A stretch of 64,000 nt of DNA from Octopus sinensis (lineage: Eukaryota), in contig NC_043009.1 in NCBI RefSeq assembly GCF_006345805.1, positions 23,436,001 through 23,500,000 of the forward strand, read 5' to 3'. How positions within the stretch are numbered: position 1 is the first letter of the stretch; each line of letters opens with the position of its first letter. The notes under the pieces were generated by a model, which saw only the letters and a list, made by a program, of their open reading frames with translations, was not told the origin of the DNA and searched no databases. The position numbers and the translations under genes were made by a program. Positions 25,924 through 39,751 of the stretch are shown here, piece after piece.

Positions 25924-26490
25924 TTGGGTTGTCCGGAAAGTTTGTGCCGATTTATAGTAGTTTACCTTTCAACTTATTCTAGAACATGGTTGAGTCCATA
26001 AAATAGGATTTGACTATACCTCCATTTAGAGCACAGTTTAAGCTATCGTTTCGTGGAAGAAGATCTATGTTCCTAAAACCTGTGTTAATTCTGTAACCCT
26101 TTAAAATGGAAGATAAGAAAGTTCCTTTTCGGCACTTGATGCTTTGGGAACCAGACAAAAATTGCTGCAGCTCAGCTGGGATGTGTTACCCCGCTCTCCA
26201 TATTCACTAGATATTGCTCCATTGGATTTCCACTTATTCAGGTCTCTGCAGAATAGTCTTAATGGTAAAAATTTCAATTCCTTGGATAACGTAAAAAGAT
26301 ACCGTGATGAATTCTTTGTCAATGAAACCACCTCAATTCTGGGAAGAGGGTATTTTCAAGTTAAAGGAAAGATGGAGATGCATTGTGCAAGAAAATGGTT
26401 CATATTTTGTTGATTAAAAATGTAACGGCAAGTATTTATTGACCTTTTTCTTTCTTTTAAAAATCGGCGCAAACTTTCCGGACAACCCAA
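25924..26490 (+). mobile_element. Internally deleted mariner element (567 bp)
   Basis: 30-bp TIRs TTGGGTTGTCCGGAAAGTTTGTGCCGATTT, TA on both sides; residual PYSLDIAPLDFHLF (YSPDLAP-like) motif. Confidence 0.9.
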
Positions 26491-26639
26491 TATAAGAACA
26501 TATTTAGCAATGGGATTGGAGATATGCTGTTTCTAGATGAGAGATGAAAATGGTCAGGATTGCAATGTCACATGACTATGGCCATAGGTCTAATGGATCA
26601 AGGCTTACCTGGGGCTAAGCAATAATAACAGCAACACAC

Positions 26640-26860
26640 ATACATAAAGAAACACCCACAGATGGTGATGATGATAATGGTGGTGTTGATGATGATTGTT
26701 AAGATGACTGTGGCGGTGGTGTTGATGGTTATAGTGATAATGGAGATAATGGTGATGATGATGATGACAACGAAGATAGTGAAAATGGTGTTGGTGGTGG
26801 TAGAGATACTGATTGTGGTGGTAATGATGACAACAATGATGATAATGATGGTGATGATAG

Positions 26861-26899
<39 letters not shown>

Positions 26900-26900
26900 T
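26640..26900. repeat. Degenerate (GAT/GGT)n trinucleotide field
   Basis: Direct inspection. Confidence 0.9.
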
Positions 26901-28020
26901 TGTTAACGAGGTGACAACAAAAGACATAAAGAAAAGCAATTAGGATCATGTTTTAATAAAGATTTAATTGGAAACAAAATAGATGATGGAGGCAGTGGAG
27001 ATATCTGTAATTTTGTGTGTAATAAATGTTTTTACATGAAAAAGGTTACGTACAGTAGGTGGGTGGGTAGGGGGATTTCTTTTTAACTTTCTACTATTAC
27101 TCTCTCTCTCATACTCTTTGCCTCTGTCTCTTTTTGTATCTAACCTATATATTTTTCTCTTTAAACATTCTCTCTCTCTCTCTGATACATACAATCCAAT
27201 CCATTTCTCTCTCTCTCTACCCCTCTGTATTAGTATCTACTGATATATTTTTCTCTGTAATGCTGAGTATATCTTACTCTCCGACACTTCTACCATCTCC
27301 CATTTCTCTATTCCTCACGCATGCTATTTCTCTTTCTCTCTCTCAATTGATCTCTCTATCTCTCTCCCTCCTTCACTTTATCTATCTCTCTCCTTCCTTC
27401 ATTATCTATCTATCTATCTATCTATCTACCTTTGTCTCTCTGTACATCACAAACACACACATGCACACACACACACACACACACATACATGCACATACAC
27501 AGAGTGTCAAATGTTTCTTTAGGAACACAAGACAAAGAAAACACCATTTCAAATGTTTGATACAGGAGGGATGGGTGAGAAAAATGCGAAGAAATGGCTT
27601 TGTTACCTCTGTGTGTGTGTGTGTGTAGGTATTTGTATGCATATTTATATGTACGTGGGTGTAGCGAGAGAGAAAGACAGAGAGCGAGAGAAAGACAGAG
27701 AGCAAGTGAAAGCGAGAGTGAGTGAGTGTGTGTGTATGCGTGTGTGTGTGTGTGTGTGGTGTGTGCCTAGTAATCTGATTATCTTTCTCCGCCTGAGTTC
27801 TTCAGGTATCAAATTCTTTAGCAACCCAAAGAATTTCTCTACTCAGGTATCAAATACTCTTGAACCTGAACACCTACCACAACGTAGGGACATGTGTGTG
27901 TGTATGTGTGAGTGTAGGTGTGTGCGAGTGCATGTGAATGTGTGTGAGTGTATGTGTGTGTGTGAGTGTGTGTGCATAAGTATGTATGTGTGTGTATGAG
28001 TGTATGTGTTTGTGTGTGCG

Positions 28021-28069
<49 letters not shown>

Positions 28070-28129
28070 ATGTGTGTGTTGGTGCATGTGTTTGAAAACT
28101 ACCATGAAAAAGATAAAGAGAGAAATCAG

Positions 28130-28305
<176 letters not shown>

Positions 28306-29417
28306 TTGCCAGTGTTGTATTCTGTCCATTTTCATAGTTCCTTTATTTTAGATTCCAAAAAGGGAAACCTCACTCTGGAAAGCCATGAACATCATCACAT
28401 CATGTTTGCTTTTTATAACAAACATAAGGCTTCACCTATGAAACACAAACAGAATGTACACATGTCTCAGTCACACCTTATTCCCCCTCCCCCCACGCAA
28501 AAATATGACGTAAAAACCAGCATCTGAGTTATCTAGCCAACATAGAACCTCACCAGCACACACAAACACACAACACAAAATATATGGAACACTGTAAGTG
28601 CCAAATGCAAACATTCAGCATAGAATGTGCATCATGTTGACAATTTTTAGTATCAATGTGTGTGAGTGATTCTAGTTGTTAGAACCTGAAGTGCTATAAA
28701 CTATAAATATATGTTTTTTAATGATTTGTCTCAAACAAGGCTTGAGGCTACTGTAACAAAGAGGGTCTATGAAGAAGGAAAAAAAGAGAGCCTATAAATT
28801 CAAAAGCTGTTGATTGACAGAAAGCTTAAAGGAGTGGATATTATAGACCTAATGAGAAATAAGATGATGATAGTGACTTTTAAGGGATCAACAGTTCAAG
28901 GGGAAAATAGAATAAAAGGATTTATGGATTAAGGAGAATACTACAATACACTTAAGAGAAATTACAAGTTTTCTTGAAATTAAATGAGAGCAAACATGTG
29001 GTGTGTGGGTAAATTCTGTGGCCCTCTCTGTGGTTATTTTGCACTGTTTATTTGTATATGTCTGTCATGTGGAGTCTACGCAAGGTATTATTATGTCATT
29101 TTTGTTTTTTAATAAATTAAACACTTTTATGAATGGGAAATGGAGGCAGTGTTGTGTTGTATCAGATTTCTTAATGCTTCGTGTTTTCATATTAAAAAAA
29201 AAAAACAGTTTAAAGTATTAATGGATATTCCATTTTCCACACAATGAAATAGTTTTATGTAATAAGGCCTTGATGATGACGAGTACTTAGAAACAACACG
29301 CAAGAGAATGAGTTATGAGTGTGGGTGGTTTTAAATTGCATATTATTAGATACACAGAGTAACATGGCAACTGTAGAGCTGAGAGGCAGTTATCAGGGTG
29401 AGAAAAAAGTTAGTTTA

Positions 29418-29921
29418 CAGTGATCCCTCGTTTATCATGGTAGATTAGTTCTGAGATCGGCTGCGATAACTGAATTTCCACAAAGTAAGGACACCATATT
29501 TACAGTATTTATTTAACATGTATTTGGACTTTCAAAACCCTCCCTGTGCTGTTAACAACCCATCCATTACAGTAGTCTATTAATAACAAGGACAACTGTT
29601 AAGCAATAGCACTTTAGATTTAAAAAATAAAGATTGTTACTGTTACACAGGCCAGATTACATAATAGAAAGCTGAGATTCGACGTCTCTCTCCATTGCAC
29701 CAATCACAGCCTGTCTTAAGTTCAAATACCCCTGTATATGCTTTTTTGCTATTTTACGCTTGTTTTGTTGTTCCTAGACTAGGAAATAATATTTATTATA
29801 TATATATTAATGAATGTAATGAAAAATTTTAGGCGTTCATATATATATATATATATATTTTAAAAATCCGCAAAGTCGTGAATCCACAATAATTGAACGA
29901 TGAAGTAGCAAGGGATCACTG
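29418..29921. mobile_element. Tigger/pogo-type MITE (504 bp)
   Basis: TA|CAGTGATCCCTCG ... AGCAAGGGATCACTG|TA. Confidence 0.8.
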
Positions 29922-30022
29922 TAGAAGCAAAACAAGATACTCTTAAGAGTATCCCCCAAAATAAAGTAGGCTAAATAATATGTCCATTCTTCATTAGGAG
30001 AAATTAATAAAAGGACCTAAAC

Positions 30023-30196
30023 CAGTGGTTCTAAACTGCAGTTCCAAGGGCTACATGTGGCCCTTGGCAATCTTCCCTTTATAAGTGTAATAAATTTTTC
30101 TTTAATTGATTTGTGCTTTACTCTTTTTGATGCAGCTCCCAAAATAAACCCTGGTTTTGGATCTGGACTGGATATCAAAAAGGCTGAGAACCACAG
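30023..30196. mobile_element. hAT-type MITE (174 bp)
   Basis: CAGTGGTTCT...GAGAACCACAG ends; 8-bp TSD ACCTAAAC / ATCTAAAC. Confidence 0.7.
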
Positions 30197-30205
30197 ATCT
30201 AAACG

Positions 30206-30610
30206 CTTACTCTTTACTCTTTTACTTGTTTCAGTCATGTGACTGCGGCCATGCTGGAGCACCGCCTTTAGTCGAGCTAATCGACCCCAGTATTTATTCT
30301 TTGCAAGCCTAGTACTTATTCTATTGGTCTCTTTTGCCGAGCTACTAAGTTACGGGGATGTAAGCACACCAGCATCAGTTGTCAAGTGATGTTGGGGGGA
30401 CAAACACACACACACGAACATACACACACACACACACGAACATACACACACACACACATATATACGACGGGCTTCTTTCAGTTTCCGTCAGCCAAATCCA
30501 CTCACAAGGCTTTGGTCGGCCCGAGGCTACAGTAGAAGACACTTGCCCAAGGTGCCATGCAGTGGGACGGAACCCGGAATCATGTAGTTCATAAGCAAGC
30601 CACTCCTACA
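30206..30610 (-). mobile_element. SINE family A
   Basis: Full-length match. Confidence 0.9.
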
Positions 30611-31373
30611 CCTATGAATGTGAAGTAATGTTATTAGGACTTGCATGTTGAAATAGCAGAATGACCAAAAAATATTCAGAAGAATATCCTGAATATTAAG
30701 CTGGTTGGGTGATATGCCATTTCTTCATCAGGAGAAATTGAAAGAAAAACAAATCAGAATCTGTACACTTGTGAGTGCAAGTCTGGTTTGACTACATTCA
30801 AGTGGTTTTAGTAGAACTTGTATGTTGATCAGGACCAACAATTTTGATGGATTAAAAACACAGTAACATACAATAATTCCATTTATCAGAGGGTTAAGGC
30901 ACTAGGTTCCTGACCTGAAAGAAATTAATGTTAAGCCAGTGAAAACATACTGCTTCCTTGAAAAATGCCAAAAGATGTTGATGATAAAGTTGGAAGTTTT
31001 CATAACTTTGTGTTTAATGAACATAAATTTTTTGTGATTATATTTTGTCTGCAATCAGAAATATTTCAGGTGGTCTCTATTGGTAAGTCATCATCATCAT
31101 CACCATCAAACACCTGTTTTCCATGCTGCCATGAGTTGGACAATTTGACCAGAGCTGGCCAGCCGGAGAAATGCACCAGGTTCCAATTGTCAGTTTTGGT
31201 CTGGTGTCTATGGCTGGATGCCCTTCCATATGCCAACCACTTCACAGAATGTACTGTGTACTTTTTACATGACACCAGCACAGGTGCTTTTTATGTGACA
31301 CCAGCATGAAAAAGAGTACTTTGAAATGACCATGAGGATTAGAGTAAACAACAGGATAGTCAGAAAGAATTAA

Positions 31374-31583
31374 CCCTTTTCTGATACCAAAACACCTGAG
31401 ACTGCTCTTGGTTCTATGATACTAATTCATGTTTTAAAATGATCTAAATTAAAGCCACCCAACAAAGTTTCAGGTTACTTTATGTTAAATAATAAGAAGA
31501 TTATTTTACGAAATTCTTTGTTATTTTAAAAATCAGTTGAAATAAAGACAATGTATTTCGACAGGAATACGGTAAGGAAAAGG
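31374..31583. mobile_element. piggyBac-type MITE
   Basis: TTAA|CCCTTTTC ... GGAAAAGG|TTAA. Confidence 0.7.
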
Positions 31584-31939
31584 TTAACATGTGTTTGGCT
31601 AAATAAAATACAGTTTACAAGGATTGAGTCTACTTGAAACAATATCTTTGTTGTTGGTGCAGAATCAATTCCATGCATGTTTGTGTGAAATAATTAACCA
31701 AAAACTGAAAACAAAACAAAATTAGGTTGTTCTCTCAGGTGGATGTAGATCAATTTTACAGTCATTGGATGCTTTGTAAACAAATAGTAGACAGAAGTGG
31801 AATACATTGATGGTTTCAGTAAACAAGGAACTGATGAGTGTAGAAGTGCTGTAAAACTTTCAAATCTAGACATATTTGAAGACTGGATGACAAATACTTA
31901 ATAGAGATTATCTAAAGATATGATTGTTAAGACTTTTAA

Positions 31940-32151
31940 CCCTTTATCATTTAATCTGGCCCAAATATTCTACCTGTTTTATGTTCAAACTGACCTGATC
32001 CAACCCCTCACACCTACCCTACAATGTCAGGCAAAAAAAATATACAAACACACCGTTGAAATGTTGAAGCTACAAGATAACGTGTGATTAATTCAAAACA
32101 ATGTGAATAAATAAACATTACATTTGACAAAGGAATCTGAATGCTAAAGGG
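31940..32151. mobile_element. piggyBac-type MITE
   Basis: TTAA|CCCTTTATCATT ... AATGCTAAAGGG|TTAA. Confidence 0.75.
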
Positions 32152-32314
32152 TTAAAAAAAAAAGTGTGGTATTTCAAATTCATTTGATGGGACTGGAAGC
32201 AAAACATTAATTGAAGAAATTGTTCAGTCTTGTGAACAAGAAATCAAATGAATTAGATGATTATAATTCGAGCAGGGCTGAAGTAATGACAAGATAATAT
32301 TTATGCCAGGTTAA

Positions 32315-32536
32315 CCCTTTCGTTAACAACCCAGCTGAAACTGGCTCAGACTCTGTAGTACAAATATCTTGTTTTCATAAGTTTTGAATTAAAATCTTCC
32401 ACCAAACCTTAGTCATAATTTATGTTCCTAACACTAGCTTAATAATAACTAAGTTATTTCACTAAATTCTTTGTTATATTTAAAATTGATTGAAAGAAAC
32501 ACAGAGCATCTCAAAATAAATACAGTAACGAAAGGA
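32315..32536. mobile_element. piggyBac-type MITE
   Basis: TTAA|CCCTTTCGTTA ... TAACGAAAGGA|TTAA; inverted homolog of 2228-2447. Confidence 0.8.
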
Positions 32537-32984
32537 TTAAATATGGGTGTCCCATTAGATATAAACAAGAAAGCATTTGGAACCAAAAAAGCCAATATGG
32601 GAGTTTCTCTCATGGTAACTACCACAGTATAGTTTGTTCTAATGGAACATCCAAGTTTAAGTGGACATAAATATTATTTCTTGGTATTAATACTGTTTCT
32701 ATGGCTAATAAATATTTTATAATGATGAGAGTTTTCAAGAGTGACAAAGAGGATGAAAAATGCTTAGGTCTATTTTACAATAATTGACAAAAATATCATT
32801 GAAATATTCTATGTTGTGTATAAGTTATACAATTACAACATGGAAAATGCATATTGATCATTTAATCCATTTGTAATAACTTGGTTTCAAATTTTGGCAC
32901 AAGGCCAGCAATTTCAGGGAAGTGAGTAAGCCAATTACATCACCCCCCGCCCACTACTCAGCTGATATTTATTTTATACATTTT

Positions 32985-33213
32985 AAAGGCGGCAAGCTGG
33001 CAGAAACGTTAGCATGCTTAGTGGTATTTCGTCTGCTGCTACGTTCTGAGTTCAAATTCCGCCGACATCAACTTTACCTTTCATCCTTTCGGGGTCGATA
33101 AATTAAGTACCAGTTATGCACTGGGGTCGATGTAATTGACTTAATCTCTTTATCTATCCTTGTTTGTCCCCTCTGTGCTTAGCTCCTTGTGGGCAATAAA
33201 AAAATATGGTACT
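32985..33213 (+). mobile_element. SINE family B with Tx1-like tail
   Basis: Ends TTGTTTGTCCCCTCTGTGCTTAGCTCCTTGTGGGCAATAAAA; nested in an older minus-strand family B copy. Confidence 0.85.
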
Positions 33214-33563
33214 TATTTTATAGACCCTGAAAGGATGAAAGGCAAAGTGGACCTTGGTGTAAAGACACTCAACATACCAGATAGTGGTGGTGGTGGTGGT
33301 GATGCTGTTAAACCAAATGATGGATTAAGTCCAACTTCTTGATGGGATTTGAGCTCAGGGCACCAAAGAGGTGGAACAGATATAGCCTAAGACATCTGGT
33401 CTGATGTGTTTAGTTTTGCTAATCTGTTGCCCTGCATTGGTATTTCTTTTTATTTTTACTTTTATTGACCTGTAAGGATGAAAGATAAAGTTGACCTTGG
33501 CAGAATTTGAACCTGGATATTACATTGCAGAATTCTACCCAATTATATGTAGTGTACATGTGA

Positions 33564-33600
<37 letters not shown>

Positions 33601-34819
33601 TGCATGTGTGTATGTGTGAGTGGTGTGTGTGTAGTGTGTGGGAACGGTGTGTGTGTGATGTGTGAGAGTTATATTGTGTGTGTGTGTGTGTGTGTGTGTG
33701 TGCATGTGGTGGAGTGGGTTACTGTTTAGTCTCATCTGAGCAGACCTATGATCAAAGTAGTCCCAGCTGTGACCATCCTGTCCTTTCTTTCCTAACAGGG
33801 ACTACAACACGTATTTTAAATGAAGATACATATCCCATATACAACCTTCTTCATTTAAACCAGTAAGGTATCATTTGAGACAGATTTGACAGCCATTTCT
33901 AGCAGACTGTGAGACTGCACATACAGCATCCCTCATTGACTCAAGGGTCCACTGTTGTTGCAGCGGATACCACTGAACGCAGCCAAGAAAGATGCTGAGA
34001 CGGGCAGCGTGCCAACAACTCTGACGCAATGCATGCATCAAACACAAATACCAAAACAACTGCAAATATTATACATTTGAAAACTTCTGACGTGTTTGCT
34101 AACCACGTAGTGAGGAAGTAAATGGGATTATGCAATCAAATTGGTGAGTTTGGAGTGTATGCCATAAAGATGAGAAGATTTTGTTATTTTGGACATGGGC
34201 AGAAAGAAAAAAAAGGAAAAGTTCTTTCTAATTTTCCACACTTTCTTTACCATATTTCTGTTGAAATAAATTATGTTTGTTTCCGATTGATTTTGAAAAT
34301 AATCTTTTATCTTTTATTTATCTTATCTTTTGCAGACATTGGACTGCAGCCACACTGGAGCACTGCCTTAAAGGTTTCAATCAAATTAATTGACTCCGGT
34401 ACTTATTTCCAAGCCTGCTACATATTCTATCAGTTTCTTTTGCCGAACCACTAAATTACGGAAGCATAAAACAAATCAACACTGGTTGTCAAGTGTTGGT
34501 GGTGGTGGTGGAAAAACACCAAGACACACACACACACACACAAATGATTGTTTTATGTTCAATTATAACCCTTTCTATTAAAGGCACAAGGCCTGAAATT
34601 TTGGGGGAAGGGGACAAGTCAATTACATCTGGGGTGTTTATTTTATCAACTCTGATAAGATGAAAGGCAAAGTCGTCCTTGGTGGAATTTGAACTCAGAA
34701 TGTAGTGATTGACAAAATCCTCCTAAGCATCTTGCCTGGCATGTTAATGATTCTAATTTTACATCAATCTGATAGGTTACTCAACGCTTTTGTAGAGTAC
34801 AAATTTATAATTCTTAAAC

Positions 34820-35938
34820 AGTGTAGCTGCTAGAATAAGAATAGCCTGGGCAAAGGTCAGAGAGCTCCTACATCTGTTGGTGACAAAGAGCCTCTCACTC
34901 AGAGTAAAAGGTAGACTGTATGACGCATATGTACAAACATCCATGCTACATGGCAGTGAAACATGGGCCGTGACTGCTGAGGACATGTGTAAGCTTGCAA
35001 GGAATGAAGCTAGCATGCTTTGCTGGATGTGTAATGTCCGTGTGCATACACGACAGAGTGTAAGCGCCCTGAGAGAGAAGTTGGACCTAAGAAGCATCAG
35101 ATGTGGTGTGCAAGAGAGACTGTGCTGGTATGGTCATGTGTTACTTATGGATGAAGACAGCTATGTGAAAAAGTATCGTCTCACACACTAGCAGTAGAGG
35201 GAACCTGTGGAAGAGGTAGACTCAGGAAGACCTGGGATGAGGTGTTGAAGCATGACCTTCGAACTCTGGGCCTCACTGAGGTGATGAGAAGTGACCAAGA
35301 CCTTTGGAGATATGGTGTGCTTGAGGAGATCTGGCAAGCCAAGTGAGACTGTAACTGTGGCCTATGCCAATGCAGCATAACCAGCTCATTTAATAGTACC
35401 CTTCAATCATTGGGCAATAAACTGTGCTTGCAAAGACCTGTTCAGGCAAGTGAAGTCATTGTCATAGCCGATGACAGTACCACCTGATGGGCACCCATTC
35501 CGGTAGTATGTAAGAAGTACCATTTGAGTATGGTCAATGCCAGTGCTGCCTGACTGGTCCTGTGCTGGTGGCACATAAAAAGCACCATTTGAGCGTGATA
35601 GTTGCCAGTACCTGCTTGACTGGCTCCTGTATCAGTGACATATAAAAAACACCATTCGAGCGTGATCATTGCCAGTGCCGGCTGACTGGTTCCCATGCCA
35701 GTGGAATGTAAAAAGCATGGCCGATACAATACTGTCTGACTGGCCCTCATGCCGGTGACACATAAAAAGCACCCACTACACTCTCAGAGTGGTTGGCATT
35801 AGGAAGGGCATCCAGCTGTAGAAACATTGCCAGATCAAATTGGAGCCTGATGCAGCCTCCTGGCTCACCAGCCCTCAGTTAAACTGTCCAACCCATGCTA
35901 GCATGAAAAGCAGATGTTAAATAATGATGATGATGATG
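34820..35938 (+). mobile_element. 5'-truncated RTE-clade LINE (ORF C-terminus + tandem-repeat 3' UTR + (GAT)n tail)
   Basis: ARIRIAWAK..LRVKGRLYDAYVQTSMLHGSETW..EASMLCWMC..RLCWYGHV..GRGRLRKTW; then ~65-bp GTGGCACATAAAAA subrepeats and the tail. Confidence 0.9.
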
Positions 35939-37420
35939 AGACAAGAATATTATTGACAGTGACTTTGAAGTTTCAACCAACTAAGCCATGTGCTTTCAAA
36001 CCACATGGTTCTGGGTTCAGTTCCATTGCGTGGTACCTTTGGTAAGCGACTTCTGTTATAACCATAGGCTGACCAAAGTCTTGTGAGTGTGTATATGTTT
36101 GTATTTATGTATGATTACCAAGAACAAGACTGCCCTGCCTGCCGAAGCTGTACCATAAGCTGTGCAAGTCCAGTGCCAATTCCTCACCTTCAGTCCCAGA
36201 ACACCATCAATGCCTGACCAACAACAGACTTCCAAACCTGTATTGGACTAATTGGCCACAACTGGACATACTGAACCGTTTTCTTCTCACATGTGGTATC
36301 CTTGGTCACTGTTGACAATGTCGGATGAAGTAATGATTTATGTGTGTATTTATCTTCATGTTTGTCTCCTCGTCTTGACATAGTCGTAAATGAGTGTCAC
36401 TGTCATAAAAGCGGTGTTGGTCATTTCTAGTATTCTGTGAGATTGAGTCTGGTCACAGGGAAATATTACTTTATTTGGAAACAGGTGAAGGTTGGTGGCA
36501 GGAAAGGCATCTGGTTATAGAAAGCCTGCCTCGACAGCATGGGAAAGTGAATGCTAAAATAATGATGGTGATGACGATGATGAAGCACTTGAACATTTCT
36601 GCACACAGGTTGTAAAATATGTACATCATATGCACAAGTACACACAGCACAGAGAGAGAGAGAGAGAGAGAGAAAGAAAGGAAGTGGGGGAGTAGTGGGG
36701 CTGTCATTTCATTTGAGAGAGAGAGAGAGAGAGGGGGAGAGAGAGAGAAAAGGAAGCATTTTTCTGAACATTTTTTTTGAGGTGAAGTGAAGGGGAGGGC
36801 TCTTCCTTTGTCTGAGAGATTGCAAAAATAAAATAAAATTCTAAAAAGTAATAAAAATATATTTTCAAGAGTTGCAAAAAAAAAAATAAAGACAAGTTGC
36901 AAAATGTCAGATTCTTTTCCTTCTACCTCATAACGAACTTATCCAAATTTATAAGCTCCAATGTTCAATTTTTGTTGAAGCAGACCAATACTAGTCAGTT
37001 TCCTTGGACAAGCTACTTCTTTCTTCTTCTCCAGTCTTTCCTTTTCTTCTTCAGACTTCCTCTTCTCCTTTTCTTCTTCAACCAATAAACTATATTAGTA
37101 TACTTACTGATTTAACTATTCTCTTCAGGCTCTAGGTCAAACTGTTTGCTAAACTCCATCACCATGTTTACTACGCCTCAGCATTATCTGCAGCATAACT
37201 TGGGGTTTTTCCATTTGCAAATAACTAACTCGTTTAGTTCTTCCTAGTAATTTACAGGATTTGAAATTTATTTCAGGAATTCTCATAAATGGACAACCAC
37301 TTCTAATGGCAACCACTCAATAGTAGCAGGAACCACAGCAGAAATAGTAGCAGTAGTAGTAATTTTTTTACCTATGTTTGAAGAACGGAGTCGATAGAGG
37401 AAGAAAACAATAATATAATA

Positions 37421-38142
37421 TTGGGTTGTCCGGAAAGTTTGTGCCGATTTTTAAAGGAAAAAAAAGGTCAATAAATTCAACTCAATTCAATTTTTATTGG
37501 CTCAAAAAGCAAAAGCAAGGCCAAGTAGGGGGACAGGGAGTTATGTACAGGGAGGGTGGTCATACAAAGAGTTCAGGCCATTTCTGGTCAAGAGAGACTT
37601 TGAACCGAGTGGTTGTCGGCATCTTCACTATCTCGTCCAGCCATTACATTTTTAATCAACCAAATATGAACTGTTTTGTTGCACAATGCATCTCCATCTT
37701 TCCTTTAACTTGAAAATACCCTCTTCCCAGAATTGAGATGGTTTCATGGCAAATAATTCATCAAGGTATCTTTTTATGTCATCCAAGGAACTCAAATTTT
37801 TACCATTAAGACTATTCTGCAGAGACCTGAATAAGTGGAAATCCGAAGGAGCAATATCTAGTGAATATGGAGAGCGGGGTAACACATCCCAGCAAAAGCT
37901 GCAGCAATTTTTGTCTGGTTCCCAAAGCATCAAGTGCCGAAAAGGAACTTTCTTATCCATTTTAAAGGGTTACAGAATTAACACAGGTTTTAGGAATATA
38001 AACCTTCTTCCATGAAAACATAGCTTAAACTGTGTTCTAAATGGAGGTGTAGTCAAATCCTATTTTATGGACTCAACCATGTTCTAAAATAAGCCGAAAG
38101 GTAAGCTACTATAAATCGGCACAAACTTTCTGGACAACCCAA
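37421..38142 (-). mobile_element. Internally deleted mariner (same derivative as 25924-26490) with nested CR1 fragment
   Basis: Same TIRs with TA flanks; identical deletion junction TTGGGAACCAGACAAAAA. Confidence 0.9.
37477..37640 (-). mobile_element. CR1-type LINE 3' end fragment
   Basis: Minus strand WLDEIVKMPTTTRFKVSLDQKWPELFV* resembles the CR1 C-terminus (W..L..EVV.A.S...FK..LD..W); AATTG-like tail; absent from the sister mariner copy. Confidence 0.6.
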
Positions 38143-38617
38143 TACCAGTGACTAGCATGAATTTGAACTCACAACCATAAGCCAATAAAGGAGACCTCTC
38201 CTGTAGCCATTTGCCTTACTAGAAATAGCAACCAAATCTCTTTCAAATAGTACTTCTGTCTAGCAAGGGTATGCATGTCTGTGGATTGCTCAGCCACTTG
38301 CCTGTTCTGTTGTCCAGATCAACAGGAACCCTTGTCATAGTAACCAACAGAGTGCTAGTTATTCTGTTGGTCTCTTTTGCTAAATGGTTAAGATACAAGG
38401 ATGTAAATGTACCAACACCAGTTGCCAAAAGTCACGAAGTATAAAACTACAGTTGGTGTAATAGCTGAGGACACCAGATTATACCCACAACCACCACATA
38501 GATTTTGTGACTTTTGTTAAACATACAAACATACCTACACATATTTATATACACACATGCATACATATAGATATTTAAGTATATACATATATATGCATAC
38601 ATGCACACACATATACT

Positions 38618-38985
38618 TTTACTCTTTTCTCTCTTTTACTTGTTTCAGTCATGTAACTGTGGCCATGCTGGAGCACCGCCTTTAGTCGAGCAAATCGACC
38701 CCAGGTCTTATTCTTTGTAAGCCTAGTACTTTTTCTATTGGTCTCTTTTGCTGAACCACTAAGTTATGAGGACGTAAACACACCAGCATCGGTTGTCAAG
38801 CAATGTTGGGGGGACAAACATGTATAAGACGGGCTTCTTTCAGTTTCCGTCTACCAAATCCACTCACAAGGCTTTGGTCAGCCCGAGGCTATAGTAGAAA
38901 GACACTTGCCCAAGGTGCCACGCAATGGTACTGAACCCGGAACCATGTGGTTGGTATGCAAGCTACTTACCACACAGCCACTCCT
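38618..38985 (-). mobile_element. SINE family A
   Basis: Full-length match. Confidence 0.9.
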
Positions 38986-39649
38986 ATGCCTATTTACACA
39001 CATACATACATATATACATGCACTATGTCTAAGTAATCTGGTTATGAGCACCCTGTCCAAGGCTAGATCTTCTTTGATCATAAGTTTGCTTCATCAGACC
39101 TAGCCTAGGGTTAAACAACATCATTATCCCATTCAGTAAATTGCTGTGTTGGTTGGGACTTTGTAGTATATTTTTTCATTAGTGTATGTGTGTTTGTGTT
39201 TAATTATATAATTTTGGCAATCAACAAACTTTTTACTTCAGGCAGGAATTAAATATTGAAAAAAAAAGAAAGAAAACTCCAGAAAATACTAAAAAAGACT
39301 ACAAAAACAACATCAACAATTCATACCAAAATGCCCCCCACTCCCGTTGCCACCACTACCACCACTAGACAAAAGGTGACGACAATTCAAACGAAACAGA
39401 ACACTGTGTAAAACAATACAAAACCACATACACATGTATTTTTGTTGTGTAAAATCAATCAATGCGTCTCATTTGCCAAACAATATAAAAATTGAGCTAA
39501 ACTTGGCAAGGGCACTGCACTGCTATAAACCAGAGAGAAACTGATGCACCAAATGGGTTGCACTAGTATCCCTGTACAATTAATGTTACTATGTATGCAT
39601 CTCTGTTTATATGTGAATGTATATGTGTGTATGTATGTGTGTGTATGTA

Positions 39650-39682
<33 letters not shown>

Positions 39683-39708
39683 ATGTAGTATGTATGTATG
39701 TATGTATG

Positions 39709-39751
<43 letters not shown>

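Larger units (their letters stand above)
30640..32270 (+). pseudogene. Decayed pogo-type (DDE_1) transposase, interrupted by insertions
   Basis: Fragments MPKDVDDKVGSFHNFV (~30965), SGGCRSILQSLDA (~31735-31772; cf. PGG.TS.LQPLD) and DMIVKTF//KKCGISNSFDGT (cf. SFKKCGISNALDG) split by a MITE. Confidence 0.6.

Noticed and set aside
26598-26949. Poly-His/Ile/Asp ORFs
   Set aside because: Trinucleotide microsatellite artefacts.
33870-34140. CpG-containing unique segment with short ORFs
   Set aside because: No recognisable protein or RNA motif; cannot be supported as an exon without expression data.
36900-37300. Minus-strand Glu/Lys-rich stretch resembling a Tigger transposase C-terminus
   Set aside because: Low complexity with stops; similarity too weak to call.
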